A DNA stretch of 63,373 nucleotides, the filler included, from Chiloscyllium plagiosum (lineage: Eukaryota), in the NCBI RefSeq assembly GCF_004010195.1. It is 4 parts of one record of this genome, joined end to end, with 100 filler letters (N's around TTAATTAATTAA, not from the genome) between each part and the next. Parts side by side here need not be neighbours in the genome. Positions count along the whole stretch, not along the records: positions 45,680 to 60,259 come from NC_057710.1; positions 60,360 to 63,373 come from NC_057710.1; 2 more parts are not named here. One strand, given 5' to 3'. The translations under genes were made by a program, and so were the position numbers. Below the pieces are notes generated by a model. That model was not told the DNA's origin and did not search any database. It saw only the letters and a list, made by a program, of their open reading frames with translations. This document shows positions 52,796 through 63,373 of the stretch, one piece after another; within the stretch, counting starts at the first letter, position 1; each line of letters starts with the position of its first letter.

Positions 52796-53727
52796 ATTTT
52801 TTTATTCATCTGTGGGCTGTGAGCTTTGCTGGCTGGCCAGCATTTATTGCCCGCCCCTATTTGTTCTAGAAATAGTGGTTTTGCGCTGCCTTCTTGAACT
52901 GCTGCAGTCAACGTTCTGTGGGCTGACCCACAATGTCGTTAGGGAGGGAATTCCAAGATTTTCACCCAGCAACAATGTAAGAACGGCAATATATTTTCAA
53001 GACAGGATGATGAGTGGCATGGAGGGGAACTTGTAGGTGGTGATATTCGCATGTATATACTGCCCTTGTCCTTCCAGGTGGAAGTGGTCATTTGTTTGGA
53101 GGGTACTGTCTGAGGATTTTTGGTGAATTTCTACAGTGCATCTTGTATGCATTGCTACTACAGAGTGCTGGGGGTGGAGGGAATGGATGTTAGTGGATGC
53201 AGTGCCAATCAAGTAGGCTGCTTTATCCTGGATGGTGTCAAACTTCATGAGTGTTATTGCAGATACAGTCATCCAAGCAAGTGGGGAGTATTCCATCACA
53301 CTCCTGACTTGTGCCTTGTACATGGTGGACAGGTTTGGGGAGTCAGGAGGAGAGTTAATCGCCATAGTATTCCTAGCTTCTGCCCTGGTCGTGCAGCCAA
53401 TGTGTTTGTGTGGTGAGTCCACTTAAGTTTCTGGTCAATGATAACCCCCAGGATCTTGACAGTGGAGATTCAGTAATGGTAACACCATTGAAAACAAGGG
53501 GAGGTTGGCAGATTGTCTCTTATTGGTGATTTTCATAGCCTGGCATTTGTGTGGTATGAATGTTACTTGCCACTGGTCAGCCCAAGCCTGGATATTGTCC
53601 GGATCTTGTTGCATTTGAACATGGACAGCTTCAGTATGTAAGGAGTCACAAATGGTGTTCAACATTGCGCAATCATTGACGAATATCCTCACTTCTGACC
53701 TTATGATGGAGGGAGGGTCATTGATAA
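52796..53727 (-). mobile_element. CR1/L2-clade LINE 3' part (SacSINE partner)
   Basis: FIND.PSIIRSEVRIFVNDC, YKAQVRSVMEYSPLAW; tail GGGCAATAAATGCTGGCC plus polyA. Confidence 0.8.
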
Positions 53728-53857
53728 ATTCCTGATGAAGGGCTTATGCCCATAACATTGATTCTCCTGCTTCTTGGATGCTGCCTGACCTGCTGTGCTT
53801 TTCCAGCACCACACTCTTAACTCTGATCTCCAGTATCTCCAGTCCACACATTCACCA
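53728..53857 (+). mobile_element. Penelope-like mini element; hammerhead with mutated GAAA
   Basis: ATTCCTGATGAAGGGCTTATGCCC-ATAA-CATTG followed by the usual terminal sequence. Confidence 0.85.
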
Positions 53858-54785
53858 TATAAATACAGTTGCAAAAGCAGGTCAGAGAATAGGAATGCTG
53901 CAGCAAGTCACCTCTTGACTCTTCAATGCCTGTCAATAATCTACAAGGCACAAACCAGGATGGAATACTCTCTCTTTCCTGCATGAGTGCAACTCCAACA
54001 ATACTCAAGAAACTTGATGCCATCCAGGACTAAACAACTTAATTAGCAGCCTCCTATGTGGCACCTTGTCAAAGGCGCTCTGGAAATCCAATTAGATCAC
54101 ATCCACTGGCTCTTCTTTGTCCAACTTGCTCATTATGTCCTTGAAGAATTCTAATGGATTTGTCAGGCATGACCTCTCCTGGACAAAGCCATGCTGACTC
54201 AGTCATATTTTGCCATGCACTTCCAAGCACTTCGCAATTTCATCTTGAATAATTGACTCTGAAATCTTACCAACAACTAGGGTCAGGCTAACTCTCTCCC
54301 TCCCTTCTTAAACAGGGCTGTTATATTTGCCATTTTCCATTCCTCTGGGATTCTACCTGACTCCATTGATTCATGAAGATCACTGCTTCCTCACTTATCT
54401 CCTTCAGAATGCTGGGGTGTGGTTCCAAAACTGATGCACAGTAGCAGCAATGTATACCACCTAAAAGATGCACTGCAGAAATTTACCAAGGCTCCTTTTC
54501 CAAGCCCATCACCACTACCATCTAGAAGGGCAAGGGTGGCAGGTACATGAGAGCACCACCAACAGCAAAGTCCCCTCCAAGCCAATCACAATTTGGATAT
54601 TTTTTTTGTTATTGCACTGTTGTTGGATCAAAATCCTGGAAATCCCTTTCTAACAGCATTGTGGGTCTACCTACACTACAAAGACTGCTATGGTTGAAGA
54701 GGCAGTTCACCACCACATTTTCAAGGACAACTTGGGACAGAAAATGAATGTGGATGCCAACAATTTCCACACCCTGTAAATGAAT
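53858..54785 (+). mobile_element. CR1/L2-clade LINE 3' part with a CR1 insert (~54045-54380, -)
   Basis: IYKAQTRMEYS; 3'UTR like 52796-53100 in reverse. Confidence 0.7.
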
Positions 54786-56689
54786 TTTAAAAAGCATAGA
54801 AAAGCATGTTCACAAAGAACAATTGGCCTAAATAACATGTTTCTGTATATTCAATTAAACAATCCAGTTGAGTGGCAAAAGATAAGGATACAAGTTGTTT
54901 ATGGTCCATTGTACATTGTAGTTGACACAATCAGCTTGGAATGGTCTATGGTAATGCGAGGGCAATTATAGAAGATGATAAGGAATCAGAGAGTAGCAGA
55001 AGACAAGAGACCTGTCAAACACTGTCATAAGAAAGTAGGAATACCAGCAACGTCAGCTAAAAATACTTGTTCATTTGAACTTCTGCAGTTAAGGATGCAC
55101 TGCTTTATTTTCCTTGTTGGAGAATTTAAATATCTTCATTGCACGTTCATCCCAGAGGAAAACAAAACCTTCAAATGTAAAATAAATTATTCAGTCAGCT
55201 GTCAAAATGAGAACACCCTTTTGCTTTATCCATTCTAAATGGCTGTCTGTGTTTTGATTTTAGTGTCTTTAATACAAGAGTAGATATGTTCTTCTGTCAT
55301 AGTTAACAGTGTCACATAACATAAGCTAAGCTTTTATTTTCACATTAATCATGGTCATTTATTATAATTTGAGTTTCAGACAAATCATAGTTTGTAAAGC
55401 AAAATTGGAATGGAAATAATTAATATTGAAATCTTACCTTAAAAATAAGAGCACTAAAATCGATCTGAAATGTAATTCAAATCTGATTGAAAGCTTAAAC
55501 AAGAGGTTGTCATGGACTGAATGTTCATTCTTTTTATGTAAAGACATGTCTTTTCTAATCAAATTCAACAACAATCTTTTATGTATTAAATAATGAAGGT
55601 TATTTATTATCACACACACTCAAATTAATGCAATGTCATTTATACAGTCCCTCTCCATCTCACACAGACACATGCACAAAGACTGAATACTAAAGGTAGT
55701 GCACTTTTACAAATTACAGTTAATTCAGTCTCTTGTTTTCCATACGACAGGCCCATATACAGGATTCTCAAATGGATTTGATGCTTTAAAATTGAAGTAA
55801 GCATCTTATAAAGTGAAGGATTCACATTAGGTTCTGAGGTGTCCCGTAAATTATTACTTAGGAATAAGGGATTTTTAAAAATCTGGGAAGTCCAAAGTCT
55901 TTGTGTGGTTGCTCATCCTTTACTAATGATATATGAATTCCACACATGGCTGTGAGGTACACTCAACTCTGTCCAAGTTAATTTGAGTATTTGCTGGTGA
56001 CTTGCTGCTGTTTATAGTCCAAAAACAAAAGTCACATTATTTGGGGAAACCATCTTAACAATTTGTTTGCAACCAATTTTTAAAAGCAGCTGGCTGAAAG
56101 TTCATAGTGTGCCATGACAATGACAAGGTATTGTGGTTAAGATTGCAATTAAATTATGTTGTTCTGTTTGACTACTATATCTTGATTTATTATTATTATT
56201 ATGATTTTCAAAACATCCTGATTTTGTGTGCATTTAGATTGTACAGATAGAGGCAAAGTGTACCCATTGGTGGGAGGATTGAGAATGAGAGGACACAGCG
56301 TTAAAGTGATTGGCAGAGGAAACAAAAGCAACATGAGTAAACCTAATACTTTTATGTAGCAAGTGATTATGATCTGGAATACACCACCTGAAAGACTGGG
56401 GTAGACAGATAAAAATTCATAAGGAGCTGGACAAACACCCGAAGGGGAAGGATTTTCAGTGGGACTTATAACTTAGTGTAGCTTGAATTCTTTGCTGGGA
56501 GGTTGATGAGTTGATGGATTTAAGTGAGGGGGAGAAGGCCCTTTCTTTTAATTTTTTCATCTTGCAGGAATTGGTTCTTCCTTTTACCTTTAAGTATTCC
56601 ATTTATAGCTACAAGAGAATGAATTTTCATTGACCTTTTCAGCAAAAAAGGAGTTTTTTTGACCTATCATATCCACGCTGGTCAACAAG

Positions 56690-58900
56690 GCTCTGACTAC
56701 ACTATCCCCATTTTCCCCTGGTGGCCCATAGCCTTGGAGGCAATGGCAATGCAAGTGAATACCAAAATATTGTTATATACTGTTATGAGAGTTTCTGACA
56801 CATTCTCTTGTTCAGACAGTGAGTTCCAGAATTCCACAAAGCTTTGGTTGGAAAAATTCTCCTCAACTCCCTTCATAGTCTTCTACCTCTTACCTTAAAT
56901 CTTTTTCCCCAGTCATTGACCCTTTGCTAAAGAAAAAAGTGCCTTCCTAACCATGCTATCTCTATCCTTCATAATCTTAGATACCTTTACCAGTTAACTT
57001 CAACCCTTCGCTGCTCCAATTAAAACAACCCCAGTTTATCTAATCTTTCTTCATATCACAGACCCTCCAGCACAGGCCCTTCAAACCTGCCAATCTACCT
57101 GCACTTGTATTCTATGCTTCAATTAATAAAGGGAAATATCCTATATGCTTTCTTAACTATCTTCTTTATCTGGTCTGCTATCTTCTGATCTTCTGTGCTT
57201 TCCAGCGCAATCCGCTGCCTTGTCAGCCTTCCCCAAGTGCAACTTCTCATAGTTTTCTGGATTGAGTGCCATTTGCACTACTCTACCTATCTAACCAGCC
57301 CATTGATATCATCCTCTAGTTTACAGCTATCCTCCTCACTATTTTCCCTGTCATCTAATTTTTTGATCCTATGCCTGAAATTAAGTACAGCTTGTTAATA
57401 TACACAACAAACAGCAGTGAGGCCTGTGGAAACAGACTTCTGGACACAGAGACACCTCTCTACCATCACTCTTTACCTAGTGCCTCTCAGAAAACTTTGG
57501 AACTAATGTAATGCATTGTCTTGGATCCCATGGCCTCTTACTTTCTTGACCAGTCTGCCCTTGGGGACATTATTAAAAATCTTGCTGAAGACCATCTAGA
57601 CCACCATTCCTGGTGACCTCCTCAAAAAAACTCAAACACATTTGACAAACACAGCCTTTCCTTAACAAATCCAGCGACTATCCCTAATAACTCTATGCCT
57701 TGACAAGTGGCTTATTTGAAATCACAAGCTTTTGGAGCTCTGCTCCAGATTGAGGAACAGCAATCTGAAAACTTGTGATCTCAAATAATCCTGTTGGACT
57801 ACAATCTGGTGTTGCATGACTTATGACTTTGTCCACTCCAGTCCAACACTGGCACCTCCACATCCAAGTGCTCAGAAATCATTTCTCCATCGCAGAGATT
57901 AACTTGACTAACCTGTAATTTCCTGATCTATCCTTTAGGAGAAAGTGAGGACTGCAGATGCTGGAGATCAGAGTAGAGAATGTGTTGCTGGGAAAGCACA
58001 GCAGGTCAGGTAGCATCCGAGGAGCTGGAGAATCGACATTTCAGGCGTAACCCCTTCATGAATAATGAGGCTTGTGAGCCAAGGGGGTAGAGAGATAAAT
58101 GGGAGGGGGGTTGGGGGTGAAGGTAGATGAGAGTGCAATAGGTAGATGAAGGTGGGGGTAATGGTGAGAGGTCAGAGTGGAGGGTGGAGCGGATAGATAG
58201 GAAGGAAGTACTACGTCCTGGAGCTGTGTGCCCACTGAGCTGACCTGCTGTACTCTGCACAGTTTGAGCAGGCAATGAGGTAATCTACTGGAAGCTGAGG
58301 AACTGGGGGAACAGGAGCAGTTTTCTGAGATTGTTGGGAAGGGAACTGATGTTGTCCGTGACAGAGTTCAGTGGTGAAGGCCGCTATAAGCCAGACAGAA
58401 CCTCATTGATACCCACTTGAAACAAAAGAGAGCTGGCTGTCACAGATAATTAGGAATGGTCACATTTTCTATTGTGCTGTAGGAATCTGGTTTGGAAGAT
58501 TCTGATTGATTGCCTATATGTGTTGCCTTCCTGATGAAGGGCCCATGTCCGAAAAATCAACCCCTGTCCCCCGCTCCTTGGACACCGTCCGACACGCCGT
58601 GCCCCTCCCTGAAGCACCCCATCCCGAGCAATGATCTCCAGCATCCGCAATCCTCACTGTCTCCTATACCTGATGTTCACCCACGGAACTCCTTTGCTCT
58701 CTCTTTAATAATGAGATAATATTAGCAGTACTTCAGTGCTTTGACACCTCATCTATGGATTAAGAAGATTACCAAAGCCCCTGATATCTCTTTCCTCGAC
58801 TTGCTCAGCAGCCTGGGCTACATCTCATCTGACCGTCCAATTTATCCACTTTTAAGGCTATATCCTCTCATGCCTGCTTTCTCTTTGTTAATTTCTTATA
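56690..58900 (-). mobile_element. Old CR1 LINE, host of Penelope inserts (57716-57864; 57937-58689)
   Basis: Decayed RT motifs (DGLQQDFNNVPQGRL, NYRLVKL). Confidence 0.65.
57937..58689. mobile_element. Two outward-facing Penelope termini enclosing ~320 bp of unrelated DNA
   Basis: AGGAGAAAGTGAGGACTGCAGATG at the left, GCATCCGCAATCCTCACTGTCTCCT at the right; hammerhead core at 58531-58554; possible TSD TCCTTT. Confidence 0.7.
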
Positions 58901-58959
58901 ATATTTAATAATATCCACACACAAATTACCTCCAGGATGAACGATTCCATTGTCACCTT

Positions 58960-60259
58960 TTTAACACTAAATAGTGTACAGTTGCACAGAATATTGGAAA
59001 GAGCAGTAGAATAGCAGTGACTTGGAAACTGACACCAGAGTGAACCTGCACAGTTACTGCCTTTGCTGTTTTGAATTCATGTATCACTGGACAGTGGAGT
59101 GCATCTGGGAAAATTAACAAACAGTGAAATTCACAACTGATCTTGGAGGAACTGTTTGGGCGAAGTTCATAGCCAGAATCAGATAAGTTAATCATTTTAA
59201 GTGTCCTGCAGAAAGTCTGCAGTAGTGAGTAGAGTGGGTTCTTTCTTGATTATATGTTTTTTGAGATATGTCTCTTGATTAAACTTAAAATATAAGCCAT
59301 AAGTATTAATCTAACATGGGGCAGTGTTTTGTAGAGGAATAAGACGGTGTTATTTTCTGGGTCTGTAGATTGTGAAGGAGCAAAAATGGCCTTTAGTAGA
59401 GTGATATGTGTTTCTTGTCAGATATGGGAGTTTAAAAAGAGTTTAAGGTTTACTGTGGATTATATCTGCAAGAAACACTGTCGGTTGCGAATCTTATCAG
59501 ATGGAATGGATCAGTTGGAGAGACAGTTGGAAGCAATGAGGAATTTGCAACAGCAATGGTATGTGATGGATGGCAGTTATAGGAAGGGGGGAATGTCTCA
59601 GATACACATAGATGGGTTAACTCCAGGAAAGGTAAGAGAGCTAGGCACCTAGTACAGGAGTCTTTTGTGGCTATACCCACTTCAAACAAGTATGCTGTTT
59701 TGGAAAATGTAGGGGGTGATGGATTCTCAGGGGAATGTAGCATGAACAGCCAAGTTTCTGGTATTGAGACTGGCTCTCATGCAACAAGGGGTACGTCAGG
59801 TTCCAAGAGATCAATTGTGTTAGGGGATTCTCTAGTCTGAGGTACAGACAGACGTGTCTGTGGCCAGCAGCGAAAAATCTGAATGGTGTGTTGCTTCCCT
59901 GGTGCTAGGATCGAGGATGTCTCAGAGAGGGTGCAGAATGTTCTCACGGGGGAGAGAGGGGCCAGCAGGAGGTCATTGTCCATATGGGAAACAACAACAT
60001 AGGAAGGGAAAAGGTTGAGAAGGGAGATTACAGAGAGTTAGGCAGGAATTTAAAAAGGAGGTCCTTGAAAGTAGTAATATCTGGAATACTCCCTGTGCTA
60101 CGAGCTAGGGAGGGCAGGAATAGGAGGATAGAGCAGATGAATGCGTGGCTGAGGAGTTGGTGTATAGGAGAAGGATTCACATTTTTGGATCATTGGAATC
60201 TCTTTTGGGGTAGAAGTGACCTGTACAAGAAGGACGGATTGCACCTAAATTGGAAGGGG
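58960..60259 (+). mobile_element. 5' part of a CR1 LINE: 5'UTR and ORF1 pseudogene (ATG 59386)
   Basis: CxxC..CxxC (CVSC, CKKHC), leucine-zipper-like segment, SGNH esterase motifs VLGDSLV, FPGARI, HMGNNN, DGLHLN. Confidence 0.85.
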
Positions 60260-60359
60260 NNNNNNNNNNNNNNNNNNNNNNNNNNNNNNNNNNNNNNNNN
60301 NNNTTAATTAATTAANNNNNNNNNNNNNNNNNNNNNNNNNNNNNNNNNNNNNNNNNNNN

Positions 60360-60655
60360 TGACCTCACCTTTCCTATTCCTCACCTCAGCCCAAACTACC
60401 TCAGATGGCAAGTCCTCATCCATCGTCCTTTCCACCACTGTAATACTATCTTTGACAAGCAATGCCACACCTCCCCCTCTTTTACCCCCACCTCTGACCC
60501 TACTAAAACATTTAAATCCTGGAACCTGCAACAGCCAATGCCCATGATTTTTATAAACCTCTATAAGGTCACCCCGCAGCCTCCAACATTCCAGGAAAAA
60601 CAGCCCCAGCCTATTCAGCCTCTGTATAGCTCAAATCCTCCAACCCTGGTAACTT
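60360..60655 (-). mobile_element. Young CR1 endonuclease fragment inserted in an older CR1
   Basis: QVPGFKCFSRVRGGGKRGGGVALLVK. Confidence 0.85.
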
Positions 60656-60807
60656 TCTCCATTTTCTCCTTGTACATCAGGGCAGAATCTTTGACACACT
60701 GTTACACAAGGCTGCTACCAGCTGAGAAGGAGTGAAGGTTCTGTTCATAAAAGTTGCTTCATTATACAAAGCATATCTCTTGATTAGACCTTTTGCAGTT
60801 TTTTTTA

Positions 60808-60950
60808 AGATTAGATTCCCTACAGTGTGGAAACAGGCCCTTCAGTCCACACCGACCCTCCGAAGAGTAACCCACACAGACCCACTTCCCCTCTGACTAA
60901 TGCACCGTATACTATGGTCAATTTAGCATGGCCAATTCACCTAACCTGCA
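60808..60950 (-). mobile_element. HE1-like SINE 3' fragment
   Basis: (AGATT)n plus ACAGTGTGGAAACAGGCCC. Confidence 0.8.
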
Positions 60951-61884
60951 ATTTTAACAGGTTAGATCTGTAAACCAAAACTGATGTCAGTCACTTGATT
61001 CTGGTCATTCCAACATTTGATTGTGCCCAGCAACATGTATTCGTCTGACAACTTTCCCATAATGAAAGGTGATTCAGAGCAGCATCATAGAACAAAATAT
61101 GATACGGATAGATACAACGAAATATCAGGGAAGATCAGAATAGTTTTAAACTGGCCTCTCAGAGTAAATTAATAGTTAGAGGTTTAGGGACAGAATTCCC
61201 AATATTAGGCTGTGGCAAGTGAAGGGATAGACAACAACGGTAGACCCATTAAAATCAGGTGCCCAAAAGACTCAAGTTATCAGAGTGCAGATAACTTGCC
61301 AGGTTGCAAAGTTGCAGATGACTGTACACATCAGGAGCTTTGAAGCAGTGGGCTGATTTTGAAAGCAAGGATGTATCATGACCACAGATCAGAACCCCAA
61401 AGCATGAACAACTTTTTTAAATTTGAAATTTCAACTGTTATTCTTTTTAAAAGGCTATGCAAATATAATTTAAGTGGCTATCTGGAGAGAGGGGCCTCGC
61501 AGATTGGATGTACAGAGAGATGTGAAGTGAACTTCAAAAAACAGCCTGCCAAAGTGGGGATAGAGGCAATTTGAAATAGACTGGACTGTGATCTCTTGTG
61601 ACGATGAAGATAATGAGAGACTGACAACCTCCTGCTCAATAACAAGCCAACCCCTGAAGATGATGGCAGAACTACAGACATAGTATGTTTTACCCTTTGA
61701 AGAATGCATAGGAAAGGTGTTTAACCATCATCCCTTGACATTCAATGGCATTACTAATGCTGCATGTCCTATTGTCAACATACTTTGTGTTACTATTGAC
61801 CAGAAACTGAACTGGATTATTCATATAACTCTGGCTGCAACAGCATGTCAGACTCCTACAGTATAACTCACCGCCTAACTTTTT

Positions 61885-62206
61885 AGATTACTTTTCGATT
61901 ACTTACAGTGTGGAAACAGGCCCTTCGGCCAACAAGTCCACACCGCCCCGCCGAAGCGTATACCACCCAGACTCATACTCCTACATTTACCCCTTCACCT
62001 AACTCTATGGACAATTTAACATAGTCAATTCACCTAACCTGCACATTTTTGGATTGTGGGAGGAAACCGGAGCACCCGGAGGAAACCCACGCAGACACGG
62101 GGAGAATGTGCAAACTCCACACAGAGAGTCGCCTGAGGTGGGAATTGAACCCGGGTCTCTGGCGCTGTGAGGCAGCAGTGCTAACCACTGTGCCACCATG
62201 CCGCCC
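61885..62206 (-). mobile_element. Young full-length HE1-like V-SINE within an old LINE
   Basis: Intact A and B boxes and V-domain on the - strand. Confidence 0.9.
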
Positions 62207-62765
62207 ATAATCAGTCCACTATTTACAAGGTCTACGTCAGGAATAGGATGCAATATTCCACGCTGCATGCATAAGTGCAATTCCAACAATTCTTGAAGTT
62301 TGAGGAACAAAATAGCCTGCTTATTTTACACTACATTCACAATCATTCGCTCCCTCCACCACAGATGCTGAGTAGCAACATGCCCTGTTTATAAAATGTG
62401 CTGCAAAAACTCACCAGACTGCTTTAGGCAGCACCTTCCAAATTCACAATTCCTATCATTTAGAAGATCAAGGACAGCAGATGTATCTCCAAGCTACTCA
62501 CCATTCAATATTGTTATTTCTGCCGTGTTGCTGGGTTAAAATTCTGCCACTCCATCAGACCATAAGACATAGGAGTGGAAGTAAGGCCATTCGGCCCATC
62601 GAGTCCACTCCGACATTCAATCATGGCTGATGCGCATTTCAGCTCCACTTACCAGCGTTCTCCCCGTAGCCCTTAATTCCTCTAGACAACAAGAATCTAT
62701 CAATCTCAGCCTTGAAGACATTTAGCGTCCCGGCTTCCACTGCACTACGTGGCAATGAATTCCAC

Positions 62766-62956
62766 AGTTGAAACTTTATTGCTGGAACAGCACAGCAGGT
62801 CAGGCAGCATCCAGGGAACAGGAGATTCGACGCTCCGGGCACAGGCCCTTCTTCAGGAATCATTCCTGAAGAAGGGCCTGTGCCCGAAACGTCGAATCTC
62901 CTGTTCCCTGGATGCTGCCTGACCTGCTGTGCTGTTCCAGCAATAAAGTTTCAACT
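62766..62956. repeat. Near-perfect palindrome of two Penelope termini (95-bp arms, 1-nt centre, 2 mismatches)
   Basis: 62766-62860 is the reverse complement of 62862-62956, except GAAA versus GGAG. Confidence 0.95.
62862..62897 (+). ncRNA. Intact minimal type-I hammerhead ribozyme motif
   Basis: ATTC / CTGAAGA / A GGGC-CTGT-GCCC / GAAA / CGTC / GAAT; helix I ATTC:GAAT; predicted cleavage after C62893. Confidence 0.85.
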
Positions 62957-63373
62957 TTGACCTGCCCCTCACAAAGCCGTATTGACTGTATTTAATCAAA
63001 CTATGCTCTTCCAGATCGTCATAAATCCTATCCCTCGGAATCTTTCTAATACCTTACAGACGACAGATGTGAGACTTACTGGTCTGTAATTGCCAGGGAT
63101 TTCCCTATTTCCTTTCTTGAAGAGAGGAATTGCATTTGCCTCTCTCCAGTCCTCAGGTACGACTCCAGTGGAGAGCGAGGATGCAAAGATCTTCACAAGT
63201 GGCGAAGCAATTGCATTTCTCGTTTCCCAAAGCAGCCGAGGACAAATCTGGTCCGGGCCTGGCGACTTGTCAATCTTAATGTTTAACAAAATTTTCAGCT
63301 CATCAGCTTCCTCTATCTCTATCCATTCCAGCATGCACACCTGCTCTTCAAAGGTTTCATTCACTACAAAGTT

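Larger units (their letters stand above)
62557..63373 (-). mobile_element. Young CR1 LINE; 3' tail joined to the upstream RT through a Penelope palindrome
   Basis: KSPGPDQICPRLL..EDWREANAIPLFKKG..NYRPVSLTS; WNSLP..FKAEIDRFL. Confidence 0.9.

Overview
Vertebrate genomic DNA, almost certainly from a cartilaginous fish (shark). This is inferred from HE1-like V-SINEs, HER1-like CR1 LINEs and SacSINE1-like SINEs. No host protein-coding gene can be established; the window reads as intronic or intergenic DNA made mostly of nested, decayed transposons. It holds many CR1 LINE fragments of different ages, a second CR1/L2-clade LINE with its partner SINE, a Tx1/L1 3' end, and a nearly complete Gypsy LTR element whose 3' LTR is split by a Rex1-like LINE. 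There are also probable solo LTRs and Harbinger (transposase plus Myb/SANT) remnants. The most striking structure is at least 14 short Penelope-like (GIY-YIG) pieces. Many carry a minimal type-I hammerhead ribozyme core (CTGANGA-stem-GAAACGTC), and two cores look intact (3589-3616, 62866-62893). Several have 10-14 bp target-site duplications, form inverted or fold-back pairs (one a near-perfect 95-bp-arm palindrome), bracket captured DNA, or sit at rearrangement junctions. Three N-gaps contain an artificial TTAATTAATTAA linker. All family names come from recognising motifs by eye, not from database searches, and boundaries of old repeats are approximate.
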